This document shows positions 45,448 through 64,000 of a stretch of 64,000 nt of DNA, in pieces. The position numbers and the translations under genes are program-made. Where the stretch lies: NCBI GenBank assembly GCA_002269645.1, contig NIVC01001126.1:62001-126000 (forward strand). The letters are read 5' to 3'. The notes beneath the pieces are model-generated. The model was not told the DNA's origin, did no database searches, and saw only the letters and a list, made by a program, of their open reading frames with translations. Within the stretch, counting starts at the first letter, position 1, and each line of letters opens with the position of its first letter. This stretch comes from Macrostomum lignano (lineage: Eukaryota).

Positions 45448-45820
45448 TTTTTTAGAGGCAGGGGGGTTGTGTGCACCCTGGCGCACTTTAAGCGACATAG
45501 GCACACAACCGGCGAGAGGCATTACTGCCCATTCCGCCGACTCCCCTGAGCAGGCACACAAGCGCGCGGATACGTACGCAGTCATACGTACGCAGGCACA
45601 CACTCACACAGGAGTGTACAGCGGCCCTAACTTTATATTATCGTTAGGCATGTACACTTCACTGCGCCTTGGGGGGTTGGCTCTCAAGGCCGTTAATTGC
45701 ACGAGCAGAGCCAAGCCGAGATTCCAATTCAACCCCAAATTAATGTGACTGGACTTGGAATCGAGCCTGGGTCGCTGGCACACCAGAGCAGCTGCGCTAC
45801 CGCTGGGCTACGGCCCCCCT
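45448..45820 (-). mobile_element. Full-length tRNA-derived SINE (second family), ~373 bp
   Basis: Minus-strand head ggggccgtagcccagcggtagcgc...ggctcgattcc (A/B boxes), short A tail, 11-bp TSD atgcaagccat (45437-45447, 45821-45831). Confidence 0.85.
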
Positions 45821-45972
45821 ATGCAAGCCATATACAACTATTGTCTGTGGCACAAATCAACAACAAACTTGATTACCAGAAGTTGTCAAATAACTGAATA
45901 AAGTTGATTTATGAAACAAAGTATATTTTAATTTCAGTTTCTCATAATTTTTACTGAATCCTTACAAAAGCC

Positions 45973-48900
45973 ATGCTAAAAAAGTTCACCAGCTCCCTAC
46001 CAGTTTTATCCAGTCAGTTTTCAAGCGACTACCTGAGCAGAAGCGGCCAGGCTGATATTAATGATAGTTTCCATGGCAACCAACAAGAGTCAATATTGTT
46101 GGCATCAGCTCATCAGGTTTGTCAGTTGGCCAGCATCAGCTTGAACTGTTCCGACGTAATCGACAATTGTCGAACGCGCAAGCGAAAGTCGCGCGCCGGC
46201 GGAAGACGAACAAGAAAAGACCGAAACAACCACAACCAGCTGTGCATAGACTGGGCCAACTTGGACAAGAAGGAGTTCATGAAGCTGGTCAGTAGTTTAA
46301 ACATTGCCGATCTGTTCTGCGAAGTCACCATGGACACCGTTCGATTCTCCGAGGGAGCAAAGAAGTGGCAAATGTGCGAATACGTGCTGCAGAGAAAGGA
46401 TCGCCGGATCTTTGTTGGAGGTGAGACTCATCGATGGATAAGCTACTGACTTATTTATCCCATCCCGGGATCCGTTCATCTCAAAACTGGGAATTGTACC
46501 TCATAATCACAGGGATATTTTCTCATTTTTTTCAAAACTTTCATCATGTCATGGGATATTTCTCCTTTTCTCCTAATCCTTTAATCTCCAACATGGGGAT
46601 AATTCTCCTAATAATTTAATCCATATCATAGGGACATTTCTCCCAATGCTTTAATTCCCAACATGGGGATATTTATCCTAATCCTAATTCCCAACATGGG
46701 GATAGTTCTCATAATCCGTTGCTTCCCAACATGAGGATATTTCTCCTAATCCTTTAATTCCCAACATGGGGATATTTTTCATAATCCTTTGATCTCAAAC
46801 ATGGGGATATTTCTCCTAATCCTTTAATTCCCAACATGGGGATATTTTTCATATTCCTTTGATCTCAAACACGGGGATATTTCTCCTAATCCTTTAATTC
46901 CCAACATGAGGATATTTGTTCTAATCCTTTAATTACCAACATGGGGATTTTTTACCTAAATCCTTTATTTCCCAACAGGAGGATATTTCTCCTAATCCTT
47001 AAATTCCCAACATGGAAATATTTCTCATAATCATTTAATTCCCATCATGAGGATATTTGTTTTCGACTTTAATACCCAATTGCCCGGTATTATCTCATCA
47101 AGGGGATATTTCTCATAATCCTTTAATGGACAGTTATAACCAGATTATGGGAGATATATTTCTAATAATTATTGAATCATGAGGGTAACTATCTTAATCC
47201 TTCTCAAATCCTTCTTCCGTCAACTGATCCCTGTCAAATCCCAACCCCGAAGGCCAGGGATTCGTTCTATTCGTCCGGCGTCGCCAGCACTCGTCCAGCC
47301 TGGCCATGAAGGTCTGTCTGCACAGCGCCTGTCGCAGCAGAACCGAGCGCTACCAGCTCAAAGCGAATTTGCAGATTGCGGCACAGCGGGAGTCCAGGTT
47401 TATCTCGGATCTGCTGGTGTACTATATCACCGCCAAGTTATTCGTGTCAGTTATGTACAAGGCAAAGCACTCTTCATTGAAGGTAAGATTGAGCGAGTGT
47501 GATGACTAGTTATGAGTTCATAAGTGAGTGAGTGAGTTCATGAGTGAGTTCATGAGTGAGTTCATGAGTGAGTCCATGAGTGAGTTCATGAGTGAGTTCA
47601 TGAGTGAGTTCATGAGTGAGTTCATGAGTGAGTCCATGAGTGAGTTCATGAGTAAGTTCATAAGTGAGTTCATGAGTGAGTTCATGAGTGAGTTCATGAG
47701 TGAGTTCATGAGTGAGTCCATGAGTGAGTTCATGAGTGAGTTCATAAGTGAGTTCATGAGTGAGTTCATGAGTGAGTTTCTGAGTGAGTTCATGAGTGAG
47801 TCCATGAGCTAGTACATGAGTGAGTACATGAGTGAGTCCATGAGCTAGTACATGAGTGAGTACATGAGTGAGTCCATGAGCGAGTACATGAGTGAGTTCA
47901 TGAGCGAGTTCATGAGTGAGTTCATGAGTGGGTTTCTGAGTGAGTTCATGAGTGGTTTTCTGAGTGAGTTCATGAGTGAGTTCATGAGTGAGTTCATGAG
48001 TGAGTTCATGAGTGAATTCATGAGCGAGTTAATGAGTGAGTTCATGAGTGAGTCCATGAGTGAGTTCATGAGTGAGTTCATGAGCGAGTTCATGAGTGAG
48101 TTCATGAGTGAGTTCATGAGTGAGTTCATGAGCGAGTTCATGAGTGAGTTCATGAGCGAGTTCATGAGCGAGTTCATGAGTGAGTTCATGAGCGAGTTCA
48201 TGAGTGAGTTCATGAGTGAGTTCATGAGCACCCACAGGTGATCAAGCGGGAGATCGGGTCATTCCCAACCGGCTTCGTCAAGTACTACTCAGCGTGTGTG
48301 CTGAGCGCAGTTCACCGGCTGCACCGCATCGGCATCTGCCATAAGGACATCAAAGCCGACAATGTGCTCATTGATCACCGAGGCCTGCCCCAGCTGGCCG
48401 ACTTCGGACTGGCCGTTGAATGCAAAACCGGCCGGGATTCGTACGTGCCGAATAAGCGAGTCACCACTATGCAGTACTACCCACCAGAGTGCCTGGTGCT
48501 GGGGGCCGGCACCAACGACTACAAGTGAGGAGGCTGGGGTGGGGCCTCCACATCCTCATTTCTTTTTATTCATGGTCTGAAGTTTGTTTCTTATTAGTTA
48601 GTTTACTTGTACTATTCCTTCTCCTGGCCTCTCTCTCACGACTTCTCTCATTCTCATTTTATTTAATGTCTGCTAGTCTATTATCTCCCTGTCTACCTCT
48701 CCCTGTCTACCTTTCCCTGTCTCTCTCTACCATCTCCCTGTCACTCTACCTGTCCACTCTACCATCTCCCTGTCTCCCTCTACCATCTCCCTGTCTCCCT
48801 CTATCATCTCCCAGTCTCCTTCTACCATCTCCCAGTCTCCTTCTCTATGTCTCCCATCTCCCACCTCCCTATCTCCCTCTACCATCCTTCAGTCTCCCTC

Positions 48901-49715
48901 TATCATCTCGCTGTCTCCATCTATCATCTCACCGTCTCGCTCTACTATCTCCCTGTCCCCTCTACTATCTCCCTGTCCCCTCTATCATCTCTCTGTCTCC
49001 TCTACTATCTCCCTGTCCCCTCTATCATCTCTCTGTCTCCTCTACTATCTCCCTGTCTCTCTATCATCTCCCTGTCCCCTCTATTATCTCCCTGTCTCCT
49101 CTACTATCTCCCTGTCCCCTCTATGATCTCCTTGTCCCCTCTATCATCTCCTTGTCCCCTCTATTATCTCGCTGTCTCCTCTATCATCTCCCTTTCCCCT
49201 CTATCATCTACCTGTCCTCTCTATCATCTCCCTGTCCCCTCTATCATCTCCCTGTCCCCTCTATCATTTCCCGGTCCCCTCTATCATCTCCCTGTCTCTA
49301 TCATATCCCTACCACCTCCCTCTATTCTTTCTCTCAGCAACGCACAAGCGCAATCGCCCAGGATCGCCCCATCCAAATCCCCATTAGAATTGACTCCTGG
49401 CTATTCGGCTTCTTCGTCAGCGAGATCTGCATTCCGTCCAGCGCGCACATGTGGAGCAAATTTCAAAACTCGGCAGACCCCTGCTGGCGATTTCACCTGT
49501 GCGAGGCCTGCCAGCTGGAGGAGCCGCGCGACCAATCACTGGAGAAGCTGCTCCGCTCGCTGCTCAGACGCGATCCCAGCAGGCGGCCCTCGATCCGAGA
49601 GACCACGCGAGCGCCCTACTTCGGTGACGTCAGCTTCAGCCAGTTGGAATGCGACTATCCGCCAGATGAGCTTCACGTGAAACATTTGTTCATGGAGAAG
49701 GGAGACATTGAGTGA
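45973..49715 (+). CDS. Divergent Ser/Thr protein kinase, 4 exons, ~443 aa
   Basis: Exons 45973-46420, 47253-47482, 48238-48524, ~49349-49715. The last needs an AAG acceptor to stay in frame. Motifs FVGGGQGFV, LAMK, CHKDIKADNVLI, LADFGLA, YYPPE, IDSWLFG, DPSRRPS. Confidence 0.8.
46540..47130. repeat. 35-bp minisatellite with a 70-bp dimer (ttctcctaatcctttaattcccaacatggggatat)
   Basis: Units at 46741, 46811 and 46881; kinase intron 1. Confidence 0.9.
47512..48228. repeat. 12-bp minisatellite (atgagtgagttc)
   Basis: Direct reading; fills kinase intron 2. Confidence 0.95.
48680..49310. repeat. CT-rich ~21-bp degenerate repeat (ctatcatctccctgtcccct-like)
   Basis: Direct reading; kinase intron 3. 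Confidence 0.85.
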
Positions 49716-51114
49716 CAAGTTTATGTATTATTGATTTTCCTTTGTTTGTTTATTTAATTTAAACTATCTGACTTGTGCCTTTAAGTCTCACGACTCTGCC
49801 TGTATGTCACATTACGTTTCTTATTCTGTGGCGAAAAAATATTTACCGAGTACAAACTTGACTTGAACGGGATCGCGATATTCTGCCTATCGTGCCGATC
49901 TCCGACCATTTTTTGTTCGAAAGTACACTTATAATGGTTTCATTGGATTTTATTAGCGCGCATCTTGGCTGCGCTTTATTATTGTGATTGTTTTAAATTT
50001 CTGACGCTTATGATGAATTAAGTTGAGTTTCCATTTACTTTTAAAGGTGAAAGATGACTAATTAATTTTATATCGAAACTGAATTTAGCTCCTAAAAAGC
50101 CCCTGGTATCAGAAATCCTTGTCTTAATTCCATCGATCTAAAAGCTACTATACAATCTGCCCGTGTACACGTACATCTGGTACGAGAATGGGGGGCCGGG
50201 GGGCGCGCCCCCGAATCGCCGACCCACAAAAGTTGCGCTCCACCAAAAACTAATGAAAGAATGAACCATTTATGCAAGCTCGACGAATCACAGGTGCTCA
50301 AATTTAGTCACCTGTTAGACATATGGCATCTGCCGTATAGGAGATAAGTAGGGGAACCCGCCTAAAAGACAGGGGTGTCTCACCAATTAAATTAATATTG
50401 GCAACCCTAAAAGGGTTGCGAGAGCATTTTAATAAAAATTCCCTCGAAATGCCGCTGCTGTTCATGAAACTCTGCACATGATAGTATTAAGATCAAAACG
50501 ACAAAACTTGATTTCAAGAAAGTAGAAAAATGCTAGAAAAACCTTATCGTTTTCCTTCACTGCCTCGCTTTTTCGTGAATTTTTATTAGCGCATTTTAAT
50601 TAATGGTTACATGCATGTACATGCTACATTTGCGAGAAAACTACTGGAATGGACATCTCGACGAAATCTCTCTTAATTTATAATTTTAATAATCATCAAA
50701 AACTGAAAGCAAGATACTTTGCAAAGCATTACGAGACAAAACGTTCGATTGCAAATTCTGTCATTCGCTCTGTAAATGATTGAAGTTGCTAAAGTAATAA
50801 TACAGTTACCCTCCGTATTTTAAATTACTAAAGTTTTTTAACTTTGTGTTGTAACGGTATAACAAATGCGAAAACATTTTTTTCTTATTCGCTAATTTCT
50901 TTTTATCAAACAAAGTCATAATAGTATTTTTGTGTTTTAATTACTGCGTATGTATTTAATAAAAATTTTTTGCCCTCCTACAAAATGTTTGACTCTGTTA
51001 TTTTAGTTGTGTCAGAACCCATATTTTTGCTATAAAGATTGTTGTTACGAAGGTCGCCTTGCTTCACACTTGGGTCTATTTCGGTTAAAAAATAATAGAT
51101 AGACAGATTTGAAT

Positions 51115-57647
<6,533 letters not shown>

Positions 57648-58238
57648 TATGCAAATGTACAAACAAAGACTACATGCCACTATGCCAGCCTCTAAATTAA
57701 GAGTGTAGCTTTCGATACTAATGATTTGTGATTTGGTGTCTTCTGCAGTTATTCACATTCAACTATGTGCAATAAGGACTCGAACTTTTTTGGTTGTCAT
57801 AATTTAAACAAGTCGCACGAGTACGTTGCCGTAGATTTTAACTCTTATTATAACTCGTTTTTGTTTTAATCTATTCGTAATTTTCACGATTCTGTGCTGA
57901 AGTCAAAAGTTTTTTCTCCCTAATTTTGCACGATGCAATTTTTTTAAAGATATGGCCTCTACTGCGCAGTTTTGATCGGATTTTTTATTATTATGTCTAC
58001 GTTTGTTTTAATTTTTGTGGCAAAAACGTTCAAATTGTTCATTTCAAGTTCGTTCATTTTAAAAAAATGCTCCAATTATACAGGCGTAACATGTATGCTG
58101 TACTTGAATGCACGTTTTAGTTCTGAAAAATACTGTTGTGTATGCAATAACTGTGTTTTTTTCTATCAAAATAAACATCTTAATTACACATTGTATTGAT
58201 AACTTTCGACGAACTAAAATGAAATTTACACTCCTGCG

Positions 58239-58560
58239 AAGCCTCTCTATCCGGCCCTCGGGTCCCTGAAACCTCACAATAGCAATATGGCCCGCTCAAG
58301 GTTTGTCTCTTCTCAGGTCGCCTCTCTCTGCTCCTCCGGGGTCTCCTATCCCTTCTCTCCTCTCTCCCCTCAATCTTCCCTCTCATCTCTCATCTTGCCT
58401 CTCTCCTCTCTCCCCTTCGATCCTCTCTCCACTCTCCTCTTCATTATTCTCTCCTTTCTCCCCTCATCTTCCCTCTCCCCACGCCTTCCTTCTCTTTCCT
58501 CTCCTCTTATCTCCACTCTCCTCTCTTCTCTCCTCTCCTCTCTCTGGCCCGCAGTCATGC
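58239..58560 (+). mobile_element. CpG-intact fragment of the Charlie-like hAT MITE with an internal CT-rich tract
   Basis: gcctctctatccggccctcggg...ggcccgc motifs; homologous to 18756-18818 and to ~63440-63460. Confidence 0.6.
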
Positions 58561-60559
58561 GCTAGATTTTATTTCTGGCTCTTACGTCGAAAACTTTTGC
58601 CGAATGTACTTTATGGAAACTATATATTAGTCTCGTTTAACAATCAAAACGATTTTTCGATAGCTTACATGTAATTGGTTTACTGTCCCTAAATAATCCT
58701 GCATGTTTCTCGAATTTGAGAATATAGCTGCATGGCCCATGAGCCTTGACACCTTTGTGATCCCCCAGGAGCCTTGAAAACTCAGCAATTCTTCTTCCTA
58801 CGAGTCTTGATATCTTGGCAATTCCTATGGTTTACTGTTGTTTGACAGGGGCAATTCTTTAATTTATATGTATGATTGGTCCCGATCCTTAACCGAAACA
58901 AACCAGCTAAACTAAGACTCGGGGGTTGCTACAGGTTGTGATGTCGCTGACAAATATGTACTGCATATCATGTACATTTAGTTTTTACACATTGACGGAT
59001 AGGATGTCCAGCGGCGTCGCCAACGTCGGATTGCTGTACGCGAGATGGGGGAATTGCTGAAATGCTGTGGCTGTCATCCGGGTGGAGGATTATAGGTATT
59101 GGCTTAGCATATAGCTGGGTTCAACCATAAAAATCGCTCGATCTACCATAAAAGACTCGACCATGGGGATTATATATAGGTAGATGTCATGGCTCATGGG
59201 GGGTTTCTGAAATTCCAAAGGGTCAATTAGGAGTTGTAGGCACAACAGAGAGAGTTATGGCGCAGATTGGATTGCTATATAGTAATGGCCACTAATCCGT
59301 AAATTTTATAGATACGCATGCATGCCCTTGCTTCTATTTACATGTAAAATGTGTACTTTTAAAGGATATTCAAGCACTTTCAAGCATTACATATACATGT
59401 ATACTGAGTCACACTGCACGTTTACACTGGTGCAAAGTATACACTAGTGCACACAGTACACTACCAACTGAGTCATGTACTTTGTATTACTCGTAAATGT
59501 GGCCAAGAGCGGGGCTAATTTTTTAAACAATCTGGTTGAGGGAAAAGTGGTACATACGCTTAGTTGAATCTCGATTCTCGAAGCTGACTTTGACTGTGAG
59601 ATTGCTAAGCTCCAAAAATATATTTACTGAAGGGGAAGGCTAAAGTAAACGTACATTATACATAACACAGCAGTTTGAATGCTGCACTGCTTGCACCACG
59701 TGATAAGTTCGAATTTTAAGCACGAATATGCTAGCTGGAATTAAATTCCATGATTTATAAAACGTTCTGAATTACTTTAAAAACTACAGTATGTTTGCAA
59801 ATTTTTGCCATTAGCTGCTTAGTAGAAAGAATAAAGATTTCATTACATTCTATTACGCTTTTTATTTGTTTTTTGTCTTCTTATTCTATATGGCAATTTA
59901 AACTCTGCTTTACATATAGGCCTATCAAGGACGACTTAAGTCTACTTAAGTCGTCCTTGAGGCCTATATTGGCTCGAATGCCTCATCATCGCCGGCGCCA
60001 CGCCATCCAGGGTTGAATGCGTGCCTTGATCGATCATCCCTTGATAGGGATTTTCCCTTAAAATAGCTCTACTAGAACAGATTTTATCCATTAAACTAGT
60101 TTTCAACTCTTGCAACTCAGTCACTTAGACAGGCCCTACTGTACTAATGATGTTATGGTTGACCCTGGTGGTTGTTAGGCCTAGGGCCTATTCTGTTTTT
60201 TTTGCTGCTCTGTGTAGGTCCCCCTATTGCTCTGCTAACATGCAGCCACCCATCGCATTGCATTGCATAGTATGTTGTGCTTTTTTCCATTATAACTTTT
60301 CTTAGACTATCTACTAGGTGACTGGAACCTTCGCCAGTCTCTTAGGGGCCTAGACTAAGACTAGGAGCCTATAATAGCCTATAGGCCTAGGCCTAGGTCT
60401 AGTGGCTAGTGCACATAGATAGGCCTAAGATAGGCCTAGACTTAATGTAGTGTAAAGCTTAGAATAATATAGACATGGTCTTCAATTATCAATATGATGA
60501 TTAGAATCAAATCAGGCATTAGACCTTATATCATATCTATATTAGTATCACTATATGAG

Positions 60560-61345
60560 TCAGTGCAAAAAATGCAATGCCCACAGACAAAGTGCTCACT
60601 GAGATTTGCCTATTGAAATTTTGCCACCAAACTTTTCTTGCCAAGATTTGCTTATAAGGGCCTAGTAGGTCTACATTTTGCCTATGAGCAAATTGCTTGT
60701 GGAGATTTGCCTGCTGAGAATTGCTCATTAAGATTTGGCCATAGTGTATTTTGCCTGTGAGTAAATTGCCTATATTGATTTTCCCACCAAGAATTACCCA
60801 TTGAGATTTGCCCGCAATGCATTTTTTCCTACAAGTGAAATGCCTGCAAGTGAATTGCCTATCAAGTTTTTTCCAACTAAGCCTAAGGTAGGCCTATGCA
60901 AGTTTTGCCTATAAAGCTTTTTCTTACAACACATTTTGTCTTTTTGGCAGCTAGATTCTGTCTGCCTTGCCATTGCCCTCCCCCAAAAAATAGGCCCTAT
61001 GCTTTTGATATGCAATTACTAAAAAACATTTTGATTAGGTATATCTCTTTATTAAAACTTACTAAACATTGGGGGAGCAATGCAGACAAAATCCATTGCA
61101 TAGCTAAATGCATTATAGGAAAAAACAATATGGGCAAACCTTGGTAGGAAAAAAACTTGATGGGCAATTTGCTTACGAGCAATTCACTTGTAGGCAAATT
61201 GCACTATAAGAAAAGCTTGCTAGGCAATTCTCTATAGGCAATTCACTCACAGGCAAATGCACTGTAGGCAAATTGTGATAGGAAAAGCTTAATAGGCAAA
61301 TCTCTTGCAGGCAAATCTTGTTAGACAATTTGTCTACAAGCAATT
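60560..61345. repeat. Eroded foldback-like element made of inverted arrays of short degenerate repeats
   Basis: ttgcct/tttgcc motifs dominate ~60570-60960 and their complements aggcaa/ggcaaa dominate ~61100-61345. Confidence 0.6.
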
Positions 61346-64000
61346 CTTATAGATCTTTTTATATCAAATATAGTGCAAATATAGGGGGGGGCCTAGCCAA
61401 TATTAGGCTTCTAATAAAAAAAATTATTTTTAGATATAAAATTAGGGTTTATATTAGGCCCTAGGCAAATAAATATAGGCCTAGGCCTAGGCATAAGCTA
61501 GCCAATAGTCTAGATTATGCTATATGCATGCCAAAACAAAATTGAATAGGCCTTAGTTTCAAATGCACAAAAAATATTGAATGTTGCTCACACTCAAAAC
61601 TAGCCTAGTGTTGCAACAATAAATAACATTTTTTGAATTTCAGAAACTTAAAACACCCTTTTTAGCTAATAAGGCCTATTTATCTTTGTTGTCTAAGCTA
61701 TTACAATATAAAATTGATAAATTGATGTTCAAGGGTCTTTAAACATGACATGATATTGAGGCAGGCAATATTTTAATATTTTTGTAGGTCTTATTTTAAA
61801 CTACTGCCAAATATGCTTAGTTACATGTTTTGTTTGAATGGACTGAAATATTTTTGTTATAACCAGGAAAAATTATCTTTGTTTTACTGATAAAGAAAAT
61901 TTGTTTAATCATGTTCCCCGCACCTATCCTCCCCTAGTAAAGCCTATAAATACAAGCATTTTTGGGCAACATTTTCTTCACCCGCCATATCTCCGATTCG
62001 GTTAAGAAAGCAAATCGTGTTGGCTAAGTTACTTGAAAACCACAAAGGAGAGAAAAGCTGTTAGAAGCCAGAAAAAGGGGAAGTAAGCGGTCGGCTAGTT
62101 GGGCAACTCCATCCCAGGATAGCCACTCTAGGACTTAAATTAGGAGTAGAAATTAGGACAGTATTCAATGAAATAGATCAGGGTTTGCCACTCGACACTG
62201 CTACCAGGGCTACTTGTTTAATTTCAAGGAGTCCTTAAACTAATGTTCTGGAGTTAATGTTCTTAGAAACAGCAAATTACTGAAGTAGTATAATAAGGCA
62301 ATAGAGATTTCAAACAACTTGGTGATTCAGTAGTGAAATTAAATAAATATAAAATACAAACCCCTAGAACAACTTGGTGTCAGCAATTGGGATAAAAGCA
62401 TATAACTTTAATAGGAGCTGCGACAACTTGGTGGCATCAGTAAAATAATTCAAAGAATAGTTAAATAGCCCTCCAACAATATTTTTCATTTTTTAAGTAT
62501 CTTATGATGAAATAAAAAATTATTTTTTTTAATATAAAGTTAAAATAACTTTATTTGGGTCACTAAAAAATTCAAACATTTTTAATAGTATTGTTTTTCT
62601 ATACTTTTTTGTTACAACATTTTGAATACTTTTTCTAACATTAAGGATCTACTGTAGCCTTGTGTGCATATTATAAATCCCTTTCTCCCAGTCTACTAGT
62701 CCATTGGCATGGTGCATGACCAAGATGGCCATACACTAAGATAGCCACAGCTTTGAATGGCTGCTTGGATAGGAATAGGTCTATATATTTCCTCATTTCC
62801 TATTAGCTATGATTGGGGTGGGGTATGACCTAGCTTCAAGTCTCGGAGAAGACAGATTTCGTTAGTGAACTTAGATTAGTAAAACAAAAAAAACACTTCC
62901 CTTTATAGTAAGTATTACTACCTACTAAAGCTAGTAGCTCTACTAGCACAAGACATTTGGTTTTTGAATCATGGATAATTGTTTCAAACCTATCTCAATA
63001 TACCAAAACTGATGTGTTGTTTGTATTAGAAAAATTGGAGTGCCCTCTTGTCTCTTATCTTTTCTCTCATCTCTGCACTCTTGTCTCTTATCTTTTCTCT
63101 CTCATCTCTGCCCTCTTGTCTCTAATCTTTTCTCTCTCTCATCTTTGCCCTCTCCTATATCATCTTTCTCTCTCTCATCTCTGCCCTCTCCTCTTATCTT
63201 TTCTCTCTTATCTCTGCCTTCTCATCTTATCTGTTCTCTCTCTCATCTCTGCCCTCTCCTCTCTTATCTCTGCCCTCTCCTCTCTCCTCTCCTCACCTTT
63301 CTCCTCTCCTTTCTCCTCACCTCTATCCTCTCCTCTCTCCTCACCTCTTTCCTCTCATCAACTCTCTTCTCCTTTATTCCTTTGCCTCTCCTTTATCCTA
63401 TGCTCATATTTCTCTTTTCTATTCCTTACCCTCTCTCCTCACCTCTGGCCTGCTGTCATCAGGACTCCTCACTTCGCTTAGGGGCCCAACAAAGTGGACT
63501 CAGAAGGGAAGTCATGAGCTGCATGGGTTCTCAATTGAGGTAAAAAGTTTGCCGACCCCTGCACTAAAAGCACCTGGCTTAGTCACATTAGATAAAAAAT
63601 ATAGCGTATTTAAAGTTTGCTCATGTTGCCCCGTTGGATACCGCTTTTTGCTTATTTATGTACGCTTTCCATTATATTCAATCTATGTTGTGACTCCATG
63701 CTCGTGTGGCAATATTTTAATACTTAGGATTTGAGCTCGAAAATTAGGCCCATACAGTATGTGTTTATTCCCTATAAGTCAATATTATCTCGGAAACCAG
63801 AAAAATTTCTATGGGTCTGCTCCGCAAGAGGTCCTGCCCCGCTGTTTAAAATTTTGTAGAAACAATGGAAGTCTGGGACTGTTAAAATTAGCATATTTCA
63901 GTTTGATTTCTTGTGTTTGTTCAAACCTTGTAGGTCAGTGCGAAATTCTCTATTGTCTCTCCTCTATCATCTCATCACAATTTTCCGCTTGTGCTAGAAT

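Noticed and set aside
48489-49348. Hydrophobic N-terminal part of the 408-aa ORF, resembling a membrane protein
   Set aside because: CT-rich intronic repeat read through in frame with the last kinase exon
62270-62460. ~60-bp degenerate caacttggtggcatcagta repeats, also seen at 1-230
   Set aside because: Similarity is real but too eroded to define an element or a coding repeat

Overview
Eukaryotic (invertebrate animal) genomic DNA with GT-AG introns. The ciliary genes and minisatellite-filled introns resemble Macrostomum-type flatworms, but that is an inference only. Host genes I could assemble exon by exon: TMEM134-like (-), ATF7IP/MCAF1-like (-), TBC1D15/17-like (+), CCDC33-like (-, several 1-bp indels), an intronless secreted PAN/apple + C-type lectin gene (+), a divergent Ser/Thr kinase (+) and BBS5 (+). 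There is also a convergent pair of near-identical tRNA-Thr genes (AGT and TGT). Mobile DNA: a Crypton-type tyrosine-recombinase element (6688-8619) with all catalytic motifs, 25-bp terminal inverted repeats (TIRs) and a lox/dif-like dyad at its right junction; a probable non-autonomous relative near 34 kb; a dead piggyBac; several hAT-type MITEs with 8-bp target-site duplications (TSDs); foldback palindromes; and two tRNA-derived SINE families. Many introns hold their own 12-41-bp minisatellite. Two signals stand out. (1) The Crypton recombinase with its candidate recombination sites and partner element. (2) Sharply bounded intergenic domains (about 1-6 kb, 18.3-28.1 kb, 60-63.5 kb) where transposon relics have lost nearly all CpG and also show C>T changes outside CpG (CG>TA, CA>TA), which looks like repeat-targeted, RIP-like hypermutation in an animal. 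No CRISPR array. Most long ORFs in the supplied track are artefacts of tandem repeats. No database searches were run; family assignments come from motif recognition.
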